Positions 1-16,356 are shown, counted from the first letter of the stretch. The stretch is 64,000 nucleotides of DNA from Antedon mediterranea (GCF_964355755.1 NC_092674.1:11594001-11658000), one strand, 5' to 3'. A program made the numbers and translations. Notes: generated by a model from the letters alone, not told the origin.

Positions 1-3000
1 GGTGTTTTAAATTATATTTTAATGAAAATTTTACGACTTTCGTCAATCTGTATTTTTTTTGCTAGTAAAATATAATATAGGCCTACCATTTTCATGCTTT
101 CGGTAACAAAAATAGTTTGTAAAAGATCATTGCGGTAAAAAAGGGGAAAAAATGAAAATGTGATAAAAAGATTCTCAATATGTGTCCAGCCTCTTTATTT
201 GGAGTTACATTATTATTTCATTTATTATATTTGAATGTATAAATTTCATAATTTGCATAATATACTTTTTTTCCCCAAATGTTTGCACACAACATTGTTA
301 TTTAACGTTCTCAGTGGAGGGTTTTATATTCTTCTTTATATTTAAACTTTTGGAATGGTTGCCAAGATGTAATATGTTGAAGGTGAATGAAAATAATAAA
401 CACACAATTGTGTTATTACTAAATATGACTATGTTTGACTGGGTTTATTATTTTTTTTTCAGATAAGCTGGTTTTATCGCCTCTTTTTCTTTCGCCGGCC
501 GTAGTATTTGTTTAACCAGAGGAATGAGTTATTTCAGTTTCATTTCTTTAAAAAAAATATTTAGAGAAATTGCCAAATAATTTATAATCAAATGCAATCA
601 TTCGTAAATGTGGTAATCTTGTTCCCAGACAAACATATATAGGCCTACAAGATGCTCTACAAACAAAGTCTTAAATAAAAATCTTATTCTGTCATACGAT
701 GGTCTGAATTGATTTGAGTCCAGGACGCCGAAGCCGAATATCTTAACCAACAAGGTATAATTCCATTTTGATGGTGTGTTCAATCAAACTAAAACTTCTC
801 AATATCTAGTCTTATTATTATAAGAAGATTGTTTCAGGAAGGTCATCTTTGCCATAGAGAATTGTGATATAAGATAACACAATTTGCTACAAACATTCTC
901 ACTTTAAAGTAATTATGTTCCACCTGTGTTCTTTACGCACCAGCATAGGTGGCACCGGGCCACAGTCTATTATACATATCTGGTCTTAGGATACTTCTAT
1001 TGATATGGAAAATGATTTTTTCTTTTGTGACACTGAAGGACAGGTGATAACATATGCCCGAATGTCACGCGGAGAAGACTCTAAGGTTAAGATAGAGTAT
1101 TCAATTGACTTTCTGGATTAGATACTGGCTGTCAAACAGTGAATATAATGGTTAGTATTTATTGCTCTGTTGGAACCCGTACTTCTATCGGTAGAAAACG
1201 TCGTCAGACCACAAATGCAGTGCTAATTACTATTGCTATCTTCGTGGTATAAACATTTCACTGCACAGTTACTTAATCTACGTGACATATTATAAAAATA
1301 CAGATGGATAAGCCCATGAAACCAATTGTCATGTATCACATGTTTTTAAATGGAATTACTTAACAAATTAGTATATCACAACATTAATACTATTACTATA
1401 TATTTACTAGGCATACTAAGACCTTTACTACTAATATGTGTATAGGCATATGTAGTTTTACAAAGGTATAACATACGTTTATGCCTAGAAAAGATACATA
1501 TAACATGTATTCAACAATATGTAGGCTATAGGCAGATCTTATAAAGTTATTACATACTGATCGTTTATTCATTAATTTATGTGATCATAAGGTTTTAAAA
1601 AATTCAATATCAGTTTCTATGAAAGTTTTCGATAAATATTTTATCACAAATTTCCAGATTATGGACGAATAGATCTTGAATCTTAAAGTTATCATATTTG
1701 TAATAATAATTGTTAGTTTAGAAATGTTTTTATTCAGTATTATTTTGTCAATAACAATCTGCTGGATTAGGCCTAATACAAAAACTATTTTGTTCTTTGA
1801 ACTAACTTTCCTGATTGAAAATATTATTATATTTACATTAGATCACATCATTACTATATTTTCTTACATTACTTTATTAACAAATTTATTCTAATATTGT
1901 AGGAGTTATTATGAATTGATTATTATTATTGATCACTAAAAGAGAATGTCTATTAAGAAAGCTGTGTTTTTGGTCTGTATAATACAGTATTAGGAAAAAA
2001 GAAACACTAAGAAAATGTGGTAACCTTATTTCTTTGATTTCGGTTACCGCAGACCAGTAAACACGTCCTTCCCTCTGGGTTATACGTCACACAAACTATG
2101 AATCGTGTAGACGCTACGTATTTCCACACAACATTTCCGTGATTCACGATTTACAAAAACGTGAGATTTGGTCAAAAAGTACGAAATTGATATAATATTC
2201 AAAATTAAAATTTACGAAATATGAACACCTGGGCACCACTGGAGTTCAGATTTCAAAAAAGTTAGTCAAACGATCATAGTTCCAGATCGGCACGTCTTTG
2301 ATCTTTTATCACGAAACCTTTGTTGAGAAAAATGGACCAGCCTGAAAGCAAAATCGATTTGATTATATGATTATATCTTTACTTAGTATGCATCGAGATA
2401 AAAATGTCCAAAAATGGTTCTCGGTCAGTCAATCGGGCCGCCATAATTCCAAACACCTTTCATAATACTGTTAAGTTCAGTTATTCTATCAATTAATAAC
2501 ACTAATACTACTACTACTAATAATAATAATTAGTTTGTCTTAACCATGTAAACCTTTATTTCAATAGAGTTATTGAAATAGATCACACCAGATTGGATAA
2601 CTATCTTAAAAAGCTGACCTCTGGTAATAATAAATTACTTTACGAAATGTGGACCGGTAATGTCTGAGATCCGGAAACAAACCACGGTTTTTGAATTTCA
2701 AAAATGCTTAGGAAAAGCGCTATATATAGGCCTAAATGAAATAATAACAATAATAATAATAATATAGATTGTTTTTAAATAATCACCGGTAGCCTACTAA
2801 ACTTTGTTATTATCTTTTTAGGCGTACAGTTTTTTGGTCACCGTTTTGGATATATTTCTGTCCAATTTTCTGTTGTTGATAATATTTCTTTTATGTGTTG
2901 ATATATAACATATAACAACATATTTTTCATACACTGATTGTAATCAGGATATATGATTGATATCAGATTATTTATTTATTTAACGAAAAATGAAACTATT

Positions 3001-4276
3001 GCCTTAGAACTATCAGCTTTATTTAATTATTTGCGTCAATATAAGTAATGATAAAATGAACTTATTTTTAGTAATTATCTACTGTCATTAACCACAACTT
3101 AAGGTCCAGTTTGTTTATAACTGGTTGGTGTACTAGCTGCTGCAGCACTTAAAGTAATTATCCCCTCTGTTGGGCACTAGTTATTGTTTACTGCCTACAG
3201 TGTTTAATGGAAATTGATGAACCTTCTAAAAAGCATACTCTAATCATTGTAAAAATTGATAAGCAGTAGCTAAAATTATAAAGTGACTGTTGTAAGGTAA
3301 TATAGATAATATAATACTGTATAAAGATAAATAATCTATCTGATGTTCAAATTGTTTTTAAATATTATGTTAATGTCACATCTTTTATAAGAAAAACGTA
3401 ATTTACCTTAAAAACTGTAAAACTAACCAGAATAGTCATCGGAATCTCATTTGCTGTCAGACAACTACTGTTGGTTCTGGTTAAATCAAACTGTTTATTT
3501 TGTTTTTTTTTAATTTTTATTCATCTAACTAATAATCCACTTAAACATTTGAAAGTAAAATCACTCTTTTTATGAAGTTGTTTTTCCTGTACAATGGACT
3601 ATTAAAATATTTCCCCTCTGTATTTGTAATGTTTTGGGAAATACAGTAGGCGTTACACCACAGAAAAAAGAAATAATTATTCAATCAATATATAGTTTAT
3701 CCGCAAAAACATTGTATTAAACTAGTTAACGTTCATATATATACCTTTATAAAACAAGATTTTGGTTATTAATTTCTCAGCGTTACTAAAATCAAAATAT
3801 AAAACGTTCGTTCCTTCGTTCCCCTAACGGGGTTTTATTTCCACAATATTTAGGCCTCTGGCCCTTATATCTTACATACAAATCATACAATAATATTTTC
3901 TGGTTGGGTTGCAAAATAATATTTTCTATTTTCGTAAGCTAAATAAACAAAATTTGCTAAATCTTGGACTACTCTAGTGTTGCACATTAAAAAATTAAAC
4001 TTATTAAACAAGTTATACGGCAAGTTTATGCAAATAAAAACAATTAGAAGAGGAAATGTTGTAGTATTTTGATAATATTGAAATCAATAACAATAAAATA
4101 TGCATATTTTATGATTTTGTATACAATTCAGCTATGAATAGCAAACATTAAAGTAAATGTCCATTTTTGTTGAATCTGCACTGACGTATAGTTTTTGTAC
4201 TGACAAAAAAAACCTGTTAGTGACAGTTGATAAGTAAAAGGTTATTACATTGATATCTGTTCAATGTTTCCGTACA

Positions 4277-4410
4277 TACTACAATGGACGCACCTTTTCT
4301 TTAGTTGCATCCTTCTTGGAACGAACTCCCATTTTTGTCAAACATTAGACCACTCTAAATTCTTCAGACAAATTTACAATACCTTCTTTGATAAATGATT
4401 TGGTAAATAC
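4277..4410 (+). mobile_element. Old CR1/L2 LINE 3' coding remnant
   Basis: Frameshifted YYNGRTFSLVAS / WNELP resembles the GRSFS...LWNSLP C-terminal motif of L2/CR1 ORF2. Confidence 0.4.
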
Positions 4411-7400
4411 TTAGTTAATATTATAAATGATTGGGTGACATATTTGTACTTGTTGTATATTTTTAGATTATCGAGAGTCTTAATGATAACTGAGTCTGTA
4501 TAATATATATATGTTTTTATCAATTTTTCAATTTGGAAAAGAACTTCTTTTTAGATCTAGAATCGTTTAATTTTAGAAACATTTTTTTAAGATGCTTTGT
4601 TTAAAAATGTTTGGCAGACACTTTTCACAACAGCTGTAATTTTCGTCTGTCTGCTGATACGTAATAAGAGATTCATTTTTTAATTCAATAACTCATTTTG
4701 GGCAATTGTTATAATACCATTACATCAGATTGCAAGCTCTTATATATTGGGTGGATTTCTATTTTTAAAACATGTTGAATTTTGCCATAAATGGTCACTA
4801 ACATAATTGGTTGCACGCTGCGATATCACTTCAGTTGGATATACAAAACAAAGGTATAGAATGATTGTAAGTCCAAGTGGCCAGATGTGACCGTCATTTG
4901 TTATAATGTAGATAATTCAGGATCAGTTTCATCGGTGTATCGTTGATTAAGGTTGGCTATTTTTCACCTAAATTTAGAAATATAAATTTACAAAGCGGTT
5001 TTACGTATTTACATTTAGGTTATTTTGCAAGCAAGTTTGAATCTTTGTCGAAAACAATCACTAGCTTCAATTTACAGACGAAATTAAAGAAAGAATTGTT
5101 AAGGAAAAAGTATCTAAAGGCATGAGTAGCCTATTGTAATGCTTGTGTTTAAATCAAAAGAGACATTATATATAATAGGATTTTAATGAAAAAAAATCTG
5201 AATCAATCCACAAAAAAAGGCATAGCTGAATAACAATAAAGACATCTTGAAATGACAAAATCGCCCACAAACCCTGCAGATTCGCTAAGGTATCCGGGTT
5301 GTTTCATTTTTTAGATGCACTTGTAGGCCTATGACACTTATTATGGAGAAATTAATTTACTTCTTTCTAACAATGCATAGAATATAATAATTATTAATTA
5401 TAATAATAATAATATTCATTATTAATTTGCATATATAGAGTTTGCACTTTTCTTTGACATTTTTGGAAGAACAACATCATATCCATCATATCTTGAAGTA
5501 ATACTGGTTCAATATGCTTTCAATAAAGTGACTTTGTTCATAATATGAATAAGGTGTACAAAACAGTAATTTACTGTCGTAAGCAGAATAATTAACAAGA
5601 TTCTAACAAAAATTCTTACACATTTTATAATTTTCATGACGGATTTTACACAAGAGAACTTGTGTGTCCACCATAATAGCACCTAAAAAAGCGATAAAAC
5701 CACTCTTTACGCTATTTGTGATCAAACCTATACTTTGATAATACCATTATTGGTCCAAAAAAATACGAACAACCAAGACAGTATCTGGGTCTTTAACCGA
5801 ATTGTCTAAGTTATAGGCCTAGTATTTCGAATGGATATCAACACTGCCGTCGTCTATTTTTGGCATTTATGAAAAATTGTGTATATTATTTTTAAATGCC
5901 TGTGAATGCTATAGAATCCGTTTTTTCTAAACCTGAAGTAAAGTAATACAAGATATGTCACGCATTTATTCAACCAAATATTTGCTGTTTTAAACTTTGG
6001 CCCTGTCGGAGATGAGTTACCGAAAAGATGGAGGTTTGAGTACACGTTTCATGTCAACCAATGGCCTTGAACTTGACAACATCAGCAGGTGTCGCCATAT
6101 TGGCTTTTCAGAACTTGTAAGCTGGACATAATTACACCTTTTCGTGATATTCCACAAACAAAAACAATCGCAGCCGCACATTTTGCGCACGTACTTGATT
6201 CATGTAATTTGTTGCAGGGCTGCAGAGAGCAAAGCGTCACGGCGGGGCCCAAAACGTTGTAAATATATTGTTTTTAGTTATTAAAGTTTTTCTGATTCTT
6301 ATCGTGTATTCAGTGAAATACAAGCCCATATTCATTAGCCCGTCATAATAGTTTTTAGATATCCTATTGGTGACAAGAAACATAGTATAAAGTAAGTAAT
6401 TAACAAACAGCTGAGCTCTCAAAGATTTGACCTATCGATATGGAAAAGTCTAATAATGATAATGTTTTATATTATTCTATCAAAGACATAATTTTATTTG
6501 CTCACTAGTAACATTTTCATTAAAGTTTTTCTGAAATGAAAGTAATTAATTATTTATTAATTAATTCAAACAGTTGATTAGATTACTCACTCAACAACAA
6601 ATCAATGACATGCAACACAAGAAAATCTGTTTAAAAAAAAAAATCTTAAATTGCTGCCACCAATTTCAAATTAAGTCTGACATGAAAAATTGATGCTATG
6701 GACGCTATTAACTATAAATTTGCAAATAATTGATTTAGGCCTACAGCAATGTTTATTTCTTTAAACATACTGTATATTAATTGATTATATAAAAAATAAT
6801 ATGCATTCGTTTTTGCTATTACAATGTGCCAACAACATACTTATTTTATTTGTTGCAAACGATCTTTCAATCATAATACTTGATGATAGAAAGATGATGA
6901 TGATTAAGCGTCATTGATGTAAAATGTGATAATTCAACGAACTAAAAGAAAAACCGTTGGAGATCGATCATGCATTTTCTGGAATATTTTTTAAATTTAA
7001 GATTGATGTAGTGCAGCTGATTATTTTTGTTTGTTTCAATATACACTATACTAAACTTTAAAAAAATATTAAATTTTTAAAATCATGCCTAGATATAGAA
7101 CAAATTAAAACAGAAATAATACAAATATAAAAGAATTGCTGTGATTTGATGGGCTTTATCTGTATCTTTTTGTAAATGAGTGAAAGTATTAATTCTTGTT
7201 TAATGACATTTTGTGTCTTTAAAGTACTCAATGATCGATTTATAAATTATATTGTTGCTTGTAAATAGTTTTTAGTTTAGTAAATAGTATTTATATTTAT
7301 TTTTGTGATGTTTCTTGGACCGCACCGAATATTGTGACATAGATTAAAAGGTGCATGGTCAACAAATACATAAATAACTTAAATTTATGTACATAATAAT

Positions 7401-10400
7401 TATTTAAGTTATCAATTTAATTTATTTTATTTATTTCGAATACAGATTAAAGTTATATGAATTTATTTATTTTAAAAACAATTATATAAAACGAAACTGA
7501 AATTAGGATATTGTTGGTATCTCATCATGATTTTCCAAAAGAATGCGTGAATGTTACAATGTGATATTATTTTAACCCCTTTGCGTTTTAATTAATTAGG
7601 CTTAGTACTGGTATTCTTCTACAATGTTGGCAGTGTTTAACTAGGTAAGCCTAAATAAAACTGCTGCTTTACAAAAGAAAAATGGATAGTGCGCCCTCTA
7701 TTGTACTTGTTTGCGTTGTTAGCCTTCCTACCATTTTTACGAATATTTTACTGAGATAAAACAGTTTCAGAAAAAATCATAGTTGGTTAATTTTTATCTT
7801 GGCCTAAAGTATAAAAATTAAAATATGTTGATCACACAAAAATCAAAAAATATCTAACTAATTTTATAGATTTCCCTTTAAGCTATCGTATTTCCCAAAT
7901 TCAGAAAAGCGGTCTCCGTAATTATTTACAACTGGGGTAAAGGCTCCAAACTTATAATTTACATCTTGTTTCACTTAGCTGGATGCAAATGATCAAATGA
8001 CATTTAGGTATTTTCAATTATTGTATTGATTAATTTAAGTTATCTTATCATATACCTATCATAATAACTTGCCGTTGCTGTTTGATATATCACAACGGTC
8101 ATCACGCAATGACGAATCCATCGCTTTTGATGAAAGAATAAAGGAGGAAAATCTATTAATTTACTGTATACTAATTATAGTAGTATACTATTAGTACTAT
8201 TGTTTTTATTTCATAATCAAATATGAAAAATGTTTAGTTTCAGTTTTTATTTTCCATTGTTTTTGTATTAAATTACGGTATGTAATTTGTATGGACGCAC
8301 CATCTACGCATGTGTGCCACTGTTAAAAAAGTTGTGTTCCAAATAAATATTATTATTATTATAAGACTGTTGACACAATTTGCCACGTTGTCGGGAGGTG
8401 TTTTTAAAATGGGTTTTGTTGTTTCGTATGGCAATGTTCAATATTTTATTCGTTTTGATTTTTTTTTGGTTCACAGTTTTTTAAAATAAAACAAGTAGGC
8501 CTATTGTATTGTAAAATAAAATGATTTATCAAATAAAATGATGAATGTGATTTAGATTTTGAAGCAGAAAACCCTGTGTGGGACTATTCTATCAACTCTG
8601 TCTCCAAGAAACTGAAATTAAAATTTCGTTATTGAATGAAATAAACAAATATTATGCATAAGCTAAAAAAATTAAGAACTATTATGATCACATTTTAGGG
8701 ATGTAGAATCTTTAAAACTTCATCTGACACACCAGCTGTATCATGTCTAGCGACAACAAATATCACACGGTATCGCGTCTTCTGACAGCAAAGTGAATAC
8801 TGCGTAGCCTTTCCTGCGGAGGCAACCGTTCTTGACGTTGGTTTGTACTCCGGCTAGGGCTTTTCCCTAATTCTCTAGCAGTTACGTGGTAAATGGCCGT
8901 ATGGACATGTGCAATCAGAAATACCGGCGTGTACGAGAATTGGCTGCCACTTTCTAACTCCTGAAGAATACCATTTCTAGCCATCATCATTTATTTTATT
9001 GCCATACATTAATATGCATTATTATCTAATTCAAGGTTTCAACAAACTTTTTTTTATAGATAGAAAATTCATGTTTTTTATATCATCAGTTTAAAAGGAA
9101 ACAATTAACGAATGATAATTAGTTCTAATGCGTTGCAATTAATTGTCAACTACACTGTGAACACCTTTACGAATATAGGAAATGTCAGACTTTATGCGTT
9201 TGATAGTACGCTATCACGCCGACATACTAATCATTTGAAACCTGTAAAGTAATTTAAAGAGTGTTACCTATATATCAAATGTGTTAAACTATGGGAATCA
9301 GGCGTTGACAAGCGCTGCAAGCCCTGGTTTGAATCATAATGGAAACCATCCTTCACTCAACACATGTCGTCCTTCAACAATCATGTTAAATCGGTCATAT
9401 TTAAACAAGTTATTTCCCATATTGCACACTGCGGCAAACCTACGAAATTAATTTGTATAAAATAGAATAAAGTAATGAATTATTCGATAGAAGCATAATT
9501 CAGAAGTTAGGCCTATATAGGTTATTTAAAATGATATTGTCTGTAAGAATTTGGTATATCCACAAGTGACACTCTCAAACAACCAATACAATCTTTCAAT
9601 AACTGGCTAGACTGATTTTTTCAGTACATAGCCTACACAACAAAAAAATAAATTGTCATTTCCATTGGAAACAATTGATGAGGACACTGATGACAGATGG
9701 AAGTCTCAAATTTTTTTTTATAATTGTCAAAGATTGTAATATTTAGAGATATCCACATAAATAAAGCAGTCTAGATCAAATAACATGTACATCAATTACT
9801 GTAGTTTAGTTAAGGAAAAAGAAAAATAGAATGCCGTGATGACCGAACGTTTGTTTATGAAGAAAAGTAAATAAATTACGTTGAATCATTCATATAGGCT
9901 TACTTTTTGTACACATATGAGTTGTCAAAATAATTCATGGTTGAATTATTAATAGTATACTGTATTATAACCAAGCAAGTTTACATCTAAACATGATTGA
10001 TCGATTGAATAAAGCACAAAACGAAATGTTGTAGAAATTGTGTGAACTTTATTAAAAAAATCGTAAATTCATAATGATTACCATAGCAACGTGTATAGTA
10101 CAGTGATTTTTACCAAAAATATTAATTATAAATATATACAGTGATTATTTAGAGTAATAATAATGATAAAAAATATGGACTATTAATTGAATTATACTGA
10201 CTGATAAATACATTGTTTCATTAGAGGTCTATACAATCAATGAAAAAGTGGAATATGTATACATTATAATATTGTAAGTATACAAATTAGCAGATAATGT
10301 TTAAATAATTATTGGCAAAGGCCGATTATTTCCTTCCTGTCGTATAATTGTCTTAGGCCTAAATCATTATTAATAATTAATGTATCTTCCAAAAAAAATA

Positions 10401-13400
10401 AAATCTTATCAAGTCTGTTATCTAGCCCGGCCTAATTTGTACCTCTTACCGGAACGAATCAAGATTATGACTCGGTTTTGATTTTTTTTATATAAAATGG
10501 ATAATCATGATTTTAATAATTAAAATCTACATCCGCAGTATGTTTTTGAGTCAGATGGTAATGTATTCAACATTTTATTTATAAGCTTATCCCAGCTTTC
10601 TTAACATACAACTAAAAACCATTTACATAGGCCAATCATCCGTTCTCTGCCTGGCCGTGGGTTTACATTAGTTCACTTTTCCATTGTTTCTATATGATAG
10701 GTTATTCTATTTGCCATTAAAAGCTAAAAAATAATTGAAATTGCATAGTAACAGGAAAGAGTTATTATAAACGGTAAAAATATCTTTCACATAATAGCCT
10801 ATTTAAATTTTTTTATTTATCAGCTACACTATATTTTTGATTGAATAACAATGATTTAACTAAATTGAATTACGGATTAAAATAATATAGAAAAAATTGG
10901 ATATTTTAAACTTTGACATTGAAGAAATTCCCCATGCTTTGATTGAAACAAATTATAAACGATTAGGTCTAACTGCCCTGAAATTTAATGGCAAGAATAG
11001 TCAACCGGAAGCACATTGTCACATGCATGGTTACTTAAACCATTCGTTATATTTTCATAAGCGAAATAAGTATCCTTTTGGCCGAAATTTAATAATTTTA
11101 TAAAAACTACAAAATCACACATGAAAAGTTTGATTCTATTCATATTTATTTTTCTTGGTGAGAAATATACGCTTTTTTACACACTTATACGGTACGGCAT
11201 TTAGTTTAGTATCTTGATTACAATACAAAAGAAATTAATTAAAAAAGTTTAAACATTAATTTACCATCGAAAGAGCAGAAACTCTTTGGCCTATAGATAA
11301 ATTATTTAAGATAATCCATGCCCTAGTGTGTTTTTCTATGAATTTAATAGGCTCAACGGAAAACCTTCGTACTGAGATAGGCCATTTGAATACATTTTTT
11401 TTCTCGCCTGAAGTTAACATTATAACAAAGAAAATAATTCATGTAAGGATGACTTTACAAAATTAAATATTATCATATTCTATTGAATTAATATCATGTT
11501 TAAATAAAATTCGTTTAAGATTTACCAGAAGTCTTTCCAACTGTGAACTTCAAAAGGTCTGCAGGTGGCGGCGTGCCATAGGCATTTAATGGTAGAATGT
11601 TCCTAGGGTGTAAATACTGCGCTTTATAATGTTACTATATCATAAAAACCCACTTCATCGTTACTTGTTTTTGTTTTTATATGTAGAAAGTGTGTTTTGT
11701 TGAGCAAAGTCAAGAACACCCAAAATATAAATAATGATTCCCGTGTAATTTGTTAATTTTTACAGTAGCTAAAAACAAATATTGAAATTCAAATTACCGC
11801 GTAGATACTGTAGGCCCCATACAAATAAAAACAAACATAAAACGAGAACGGTAAAAAATATAAAAATATACTCCTACAAGTGATCACCAGGTGAAGTGTA
11901 AAAAAAAAAAAAACTTGTTTTGTAGGCCTACTTTCCTATAAGCAATAATATGTTGAGGCCAAATTGGTATAAACAAACGTGTTCGTGTTCTCATGAACGA
12001 ATTTGGGGGAGTTACTAAGATGACGTAGATAGATATATTTTATTTCATTTAATTACTCTTTATTCGAAATTCAAAAGTTACTTAACAATCTAGATTAATT
12101 GCAGTTTAACAAAAAATCATTCCATTTTCTCTTGTGTTTCGATTCAGCTAGAACATTTTCGTTTATAGAACTCAATTTAAAAAGTGCACTTGCACTAAGT
12201 CTACAATATAAAATAAAGGACATTTTGATATGAAACACAAGGACTTCCTACATTTTGTTCACATTATGTACACCATCTACAGTCAATGACATGATTAAAC
12301 GTTTATCATAAAGAAGTATTGAAATATTCTACTTCCATGACAGGACGTGCACGCTGCACCTGCTTTTCTAATTAAACATTCAAAGAAAATTTGAGAAAAA
12401 CATTGTTTTTCTCTTTGCGGTTTCGTGCATTACATTGCAATGATGCTAACACATTTTAATCAACTTAATTGTTTGTAATCTACAATCGTCGATAATTATT
12501 TCTTTATTTAAGCTTATATATAATTATATGCATTTATTATTTTCTCCCTTATGTTTGTTTTATTACCTCGTATCTATCATGTTACACTTACCATATCATA
12601 TGTTTTAATATCGCATTAACCTTTACATTTTACCTTTTCATGTTTACTTTACACAGGTGACTTGATCTTATGTTCTTATGCCTTTTATTATTAATTTGAT
12701 ACGATTCTACGAAGAATTTTCAAAATTAAACTGCGCTCATGTTTGTTGTCCTTTACTTTTTTTACCTTATTAAACCAAGTTGAATTCAAGTCAAAAATTG
12801 TAATTTTTATTTTGAATGGCTGAAACTACCTATTCAAAGCATATAGCGTAAAATCAATTGTAATTTGTCCAAGTCAGCAACCTGTTGGATCGTTTTGGTA
12901 ATTAAGTTATTTACTGAAATTTAATGACTTATAAATATATATCAAGACGGTTAGGCCTATATGTAAATCACCCATCTTGATTTGCATTTAATGATATTAA
13001 AATAACACACTTAACACTTGACTTTTCCCGGCGTCGATATTAGTTAAAGTATTCCACAGCTGTTGAATGAGTCTTGACAAAACAACATATTGAAAACCCT
13101 TTACCACTGGAGTACCGGTACATATGATATAGACGGAACAATATAGACGTACAACCGATAGTATCGCCAGATTACCAGATTTACCAGATGTTTATATGTC
13201 CATCGATTATATCATAAAGATATTATAGTTCACTATAATATATTTACGATTAAGATATGGACGACAAGCTCATGTGATTATCTCCCCTGCAACTATGCCT
13301 ATATAAGCCCACTGTTAAGGGTATTTAACTAAGTATACGTATCAAATATTGAATAAGAAATTTAGCTATGGGCAATGCAAACACTGTGAACCATGAACCA

Positions 13401-16356
13401 CACACACTGTGACATGTTGGGCCTAACAATCGGCCCGCTGCTTAGTAAGCCGGGCTATGGGTGCCCTAAAGTTACCAATTGTCGTCGTAATGACACCAAT
13501 GGTGTTACACAACGCCAAACCAGCAGGCCTATTTATATGGGCTTTAATTTTGAATAGAAAGACAATTTAACTAATGTAAAACAACAGTTAATCAGTCATT
13601 CTACCTTAGGTACTGCTTGGCGAATGAAAGTCGCATGTATCAACCCAGAGACATCTCTATAATAAGCATTGGCAATTTAATCTCTCCAGCCTACAACCAG
13701 TATCGGTGCCATTTTAAAAATGAATATTCTTATGCATCAGTCTTTGTTTTCTTTGTGTTTATTGGGGAAAATATGGTTATATAGGATTATATATTATTCG
13801 TTGAGTAGAAAACGTGAAGGCCTAGGCCTATATTTGGAGTTCCATGTTCGACCGATACCGTACGACACGGTATCACCGACAGTGTTTACGGAAAGCGGTC
13901 AGCTGATTTTTCATTGACATAGGCCTATAATTAATTTGTTGTTAAACTTCTTACAATACCAATTTGTATATTGTCTGAAACGATATTTATCAAAGTTGTA
14001 TTATTCAATATTTAATGTAGGCCTAATGTTTGAATTACTTTTTAAAATGTATAACAATATGGTACCGGTATTGATTAGTAGTACTAATACAATTAATATT
14101 AATATAATGTTGTAAATATAAGTATGATTTCAATAATGATGATATTTAAGTATATTCTGTATGTTTGATCATGTTGTGAACTGTAATAATATCTTTTGGT
14201 TTGATGTACCGTAGTAATTATGTGAATTACAATAATGCAATATACTTTAGGTATAATATTTATTAAGTAGGCCTATGTAGCCTGTATGTCGAGGAAACGA
14301 CTTTTCATTTGTTTTGAAAAAAAGTTAATTTCAATTAGGCCTAAGTTAGATTCCATTATACAACTATGGATAACAAACTTTATTTCATGTTAGTTTTATT
14401 TTTATTCAAAAAATTAAAAAATCATATCTTTCTTATTTCTTGACATGTACCTATTTTTTCCACACTTCCTCCTTTTTAAAATTTATTTATACATTTCATT
14501 TTTTTTATTTACCGTATTTATTTATTTATTTATTTATTTATTATTTTTCTTATTTATTTATTAAGGCTCGTCCACCTCAAGATGTTTGTCTTCATCTTTC
14601 CGGGCATCTACCTACATTCTCTGACCCGTTATCATTATATTATTTGCATTCTTACCTTTTTTTGTGTCAGAGTTTGTAAATAAATGTTATGAAATGAAAA
14701 ATTGTTTAATGTTCTTGTATAGGCCTAGGCCAATAAGGTTTATTTAACTTATGACAAAATACAGTTTAAATATATCGTAATTATACAGATAGTTAATCTA
14801 TTTTAAGATACCTTCGGGACTCAACCCACTGAAAAGTATCCTCTTAAACATAGGGATTGTCCGTAGTGTTAAAAAACATATATACTTTGTTACAGTTGAA
14901 CTGAGACCTAGCGTTAAAACATATAATCATCCTTTTTGTTACAGTTTCACTGGGAATTATCCCTTTAGAAGTTGGCTGTAACACTAAAACACTATTGCGT
15001 CTCGTTCGTTTTATGCGAAAGTGTCCTCTTGATAATAATAGTGTCAACTAAAACCGTATGGTTACTACTGATGACAGACCAGAATGAGAAATTGATTTTA
15101 ACCCCATACTCTGTTAATGTTTCTAAATGACATTCACATATTCAGTTGCAAATTGCAGAAATTCTCACTGCCAAAGTCTATTTTTTACTAATTAATTAAT
15201 AGAATAACTTGTTGCACGTTTTTAATTAAGGAATTTGCTTTGTTTAATATGAGTTGACCACGATTCGATTTTTTTACCCAGTGTGACACTAATTAGTAAT
15301 AAAATACATTTGCACTTTTGAAAAGTCAAGTTTCTCTACCTGACTGTTTTCCGTATTTTTAGACCTATTAATGACTTTCTAAAATGCATTATTTCTTTGT
15401 GAAAACCTAGAATTCGACATAATTTACGAGTTTAGGGGGATTCGCTTTAGGCCCAGGACCTCCATCTAATACGCCGTCGAAGGCTAGCCCAAACGGACTT
15501 ATTGTCCGCGTAAGAAATCCAGCTGAGTCGCTAAGCTTAAGGCTTACTTGGGCCTGTTTAAATCTATTAAAAAATGTAAGAAAGAGATAACGAATTAAGA
15601 CAATTAATCTTTGGGAGGTATCATATTAAGTCAGAAATGATTGGTAACACAGGTAAACGGCATTACACCTGTACTTGAAGTTTGAAGTAACTTCTCGTAT
15701 TGTGGTTCTCATCCATTGTGATTGTTCTGAAATAACATTAACTGCAGCCTGAAAATATTGCTGGCGGCCACGTCTGCGTAAAACATGGTGTGTCAAACTT
15801 TCTCCAAGGTGCAATATCCGTGAGATTCCACTATGGCATTGATGAATACAATCTGCCTTAAAAACAATAATTTAATTGTATAAATAACTAACTATTTGTT
15901 CGTGGAGATACATAATTATGCATGCAATAAAATCAGTTTACTAAATATCAGTTCAAATATCTATCCACGTAAGCCCGATAAATAATACATTTCCTAAATC
16001 CTTAAAATAGAAATAAATATTTTACTTCTGTCAAGCACCCAATATTCTCTCCGGGAAACAGCCATGTAGTTTCTTTTCCACGGACTGCAAACTTTCGCTC
16101 TCAATACTGGTTATGTCTCGGTTTAAATTCAATCTCATCATGTGTAGGCCATAGTTTTCAAGAAGTTGTTTTCGTCTGTGTACAATGGAAAATATTTAAT
16201 AACATTAGGGTTAAATGTTGTTGTTTATAGAATCAGAACACGAACTAGTGTTGTATTAGTTAATCATTTCAATTATTAACAAAACATCTGTTGTGTATTC
16301 AGAAATTAAAGAAAAAGTAAATAAATAAACTGTTTTATTACTTTTCATAAGAATAA

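Noticed and set aside
182-15047. Remaining 60-95 aa ORFs in the upstream region (also 31120-40953 and 53853-60261)
   Set aside because: Rich in I/F/L/K/N as expected from AT-rich non-coding DNA, many with non-ATG starts, no domains recognised.
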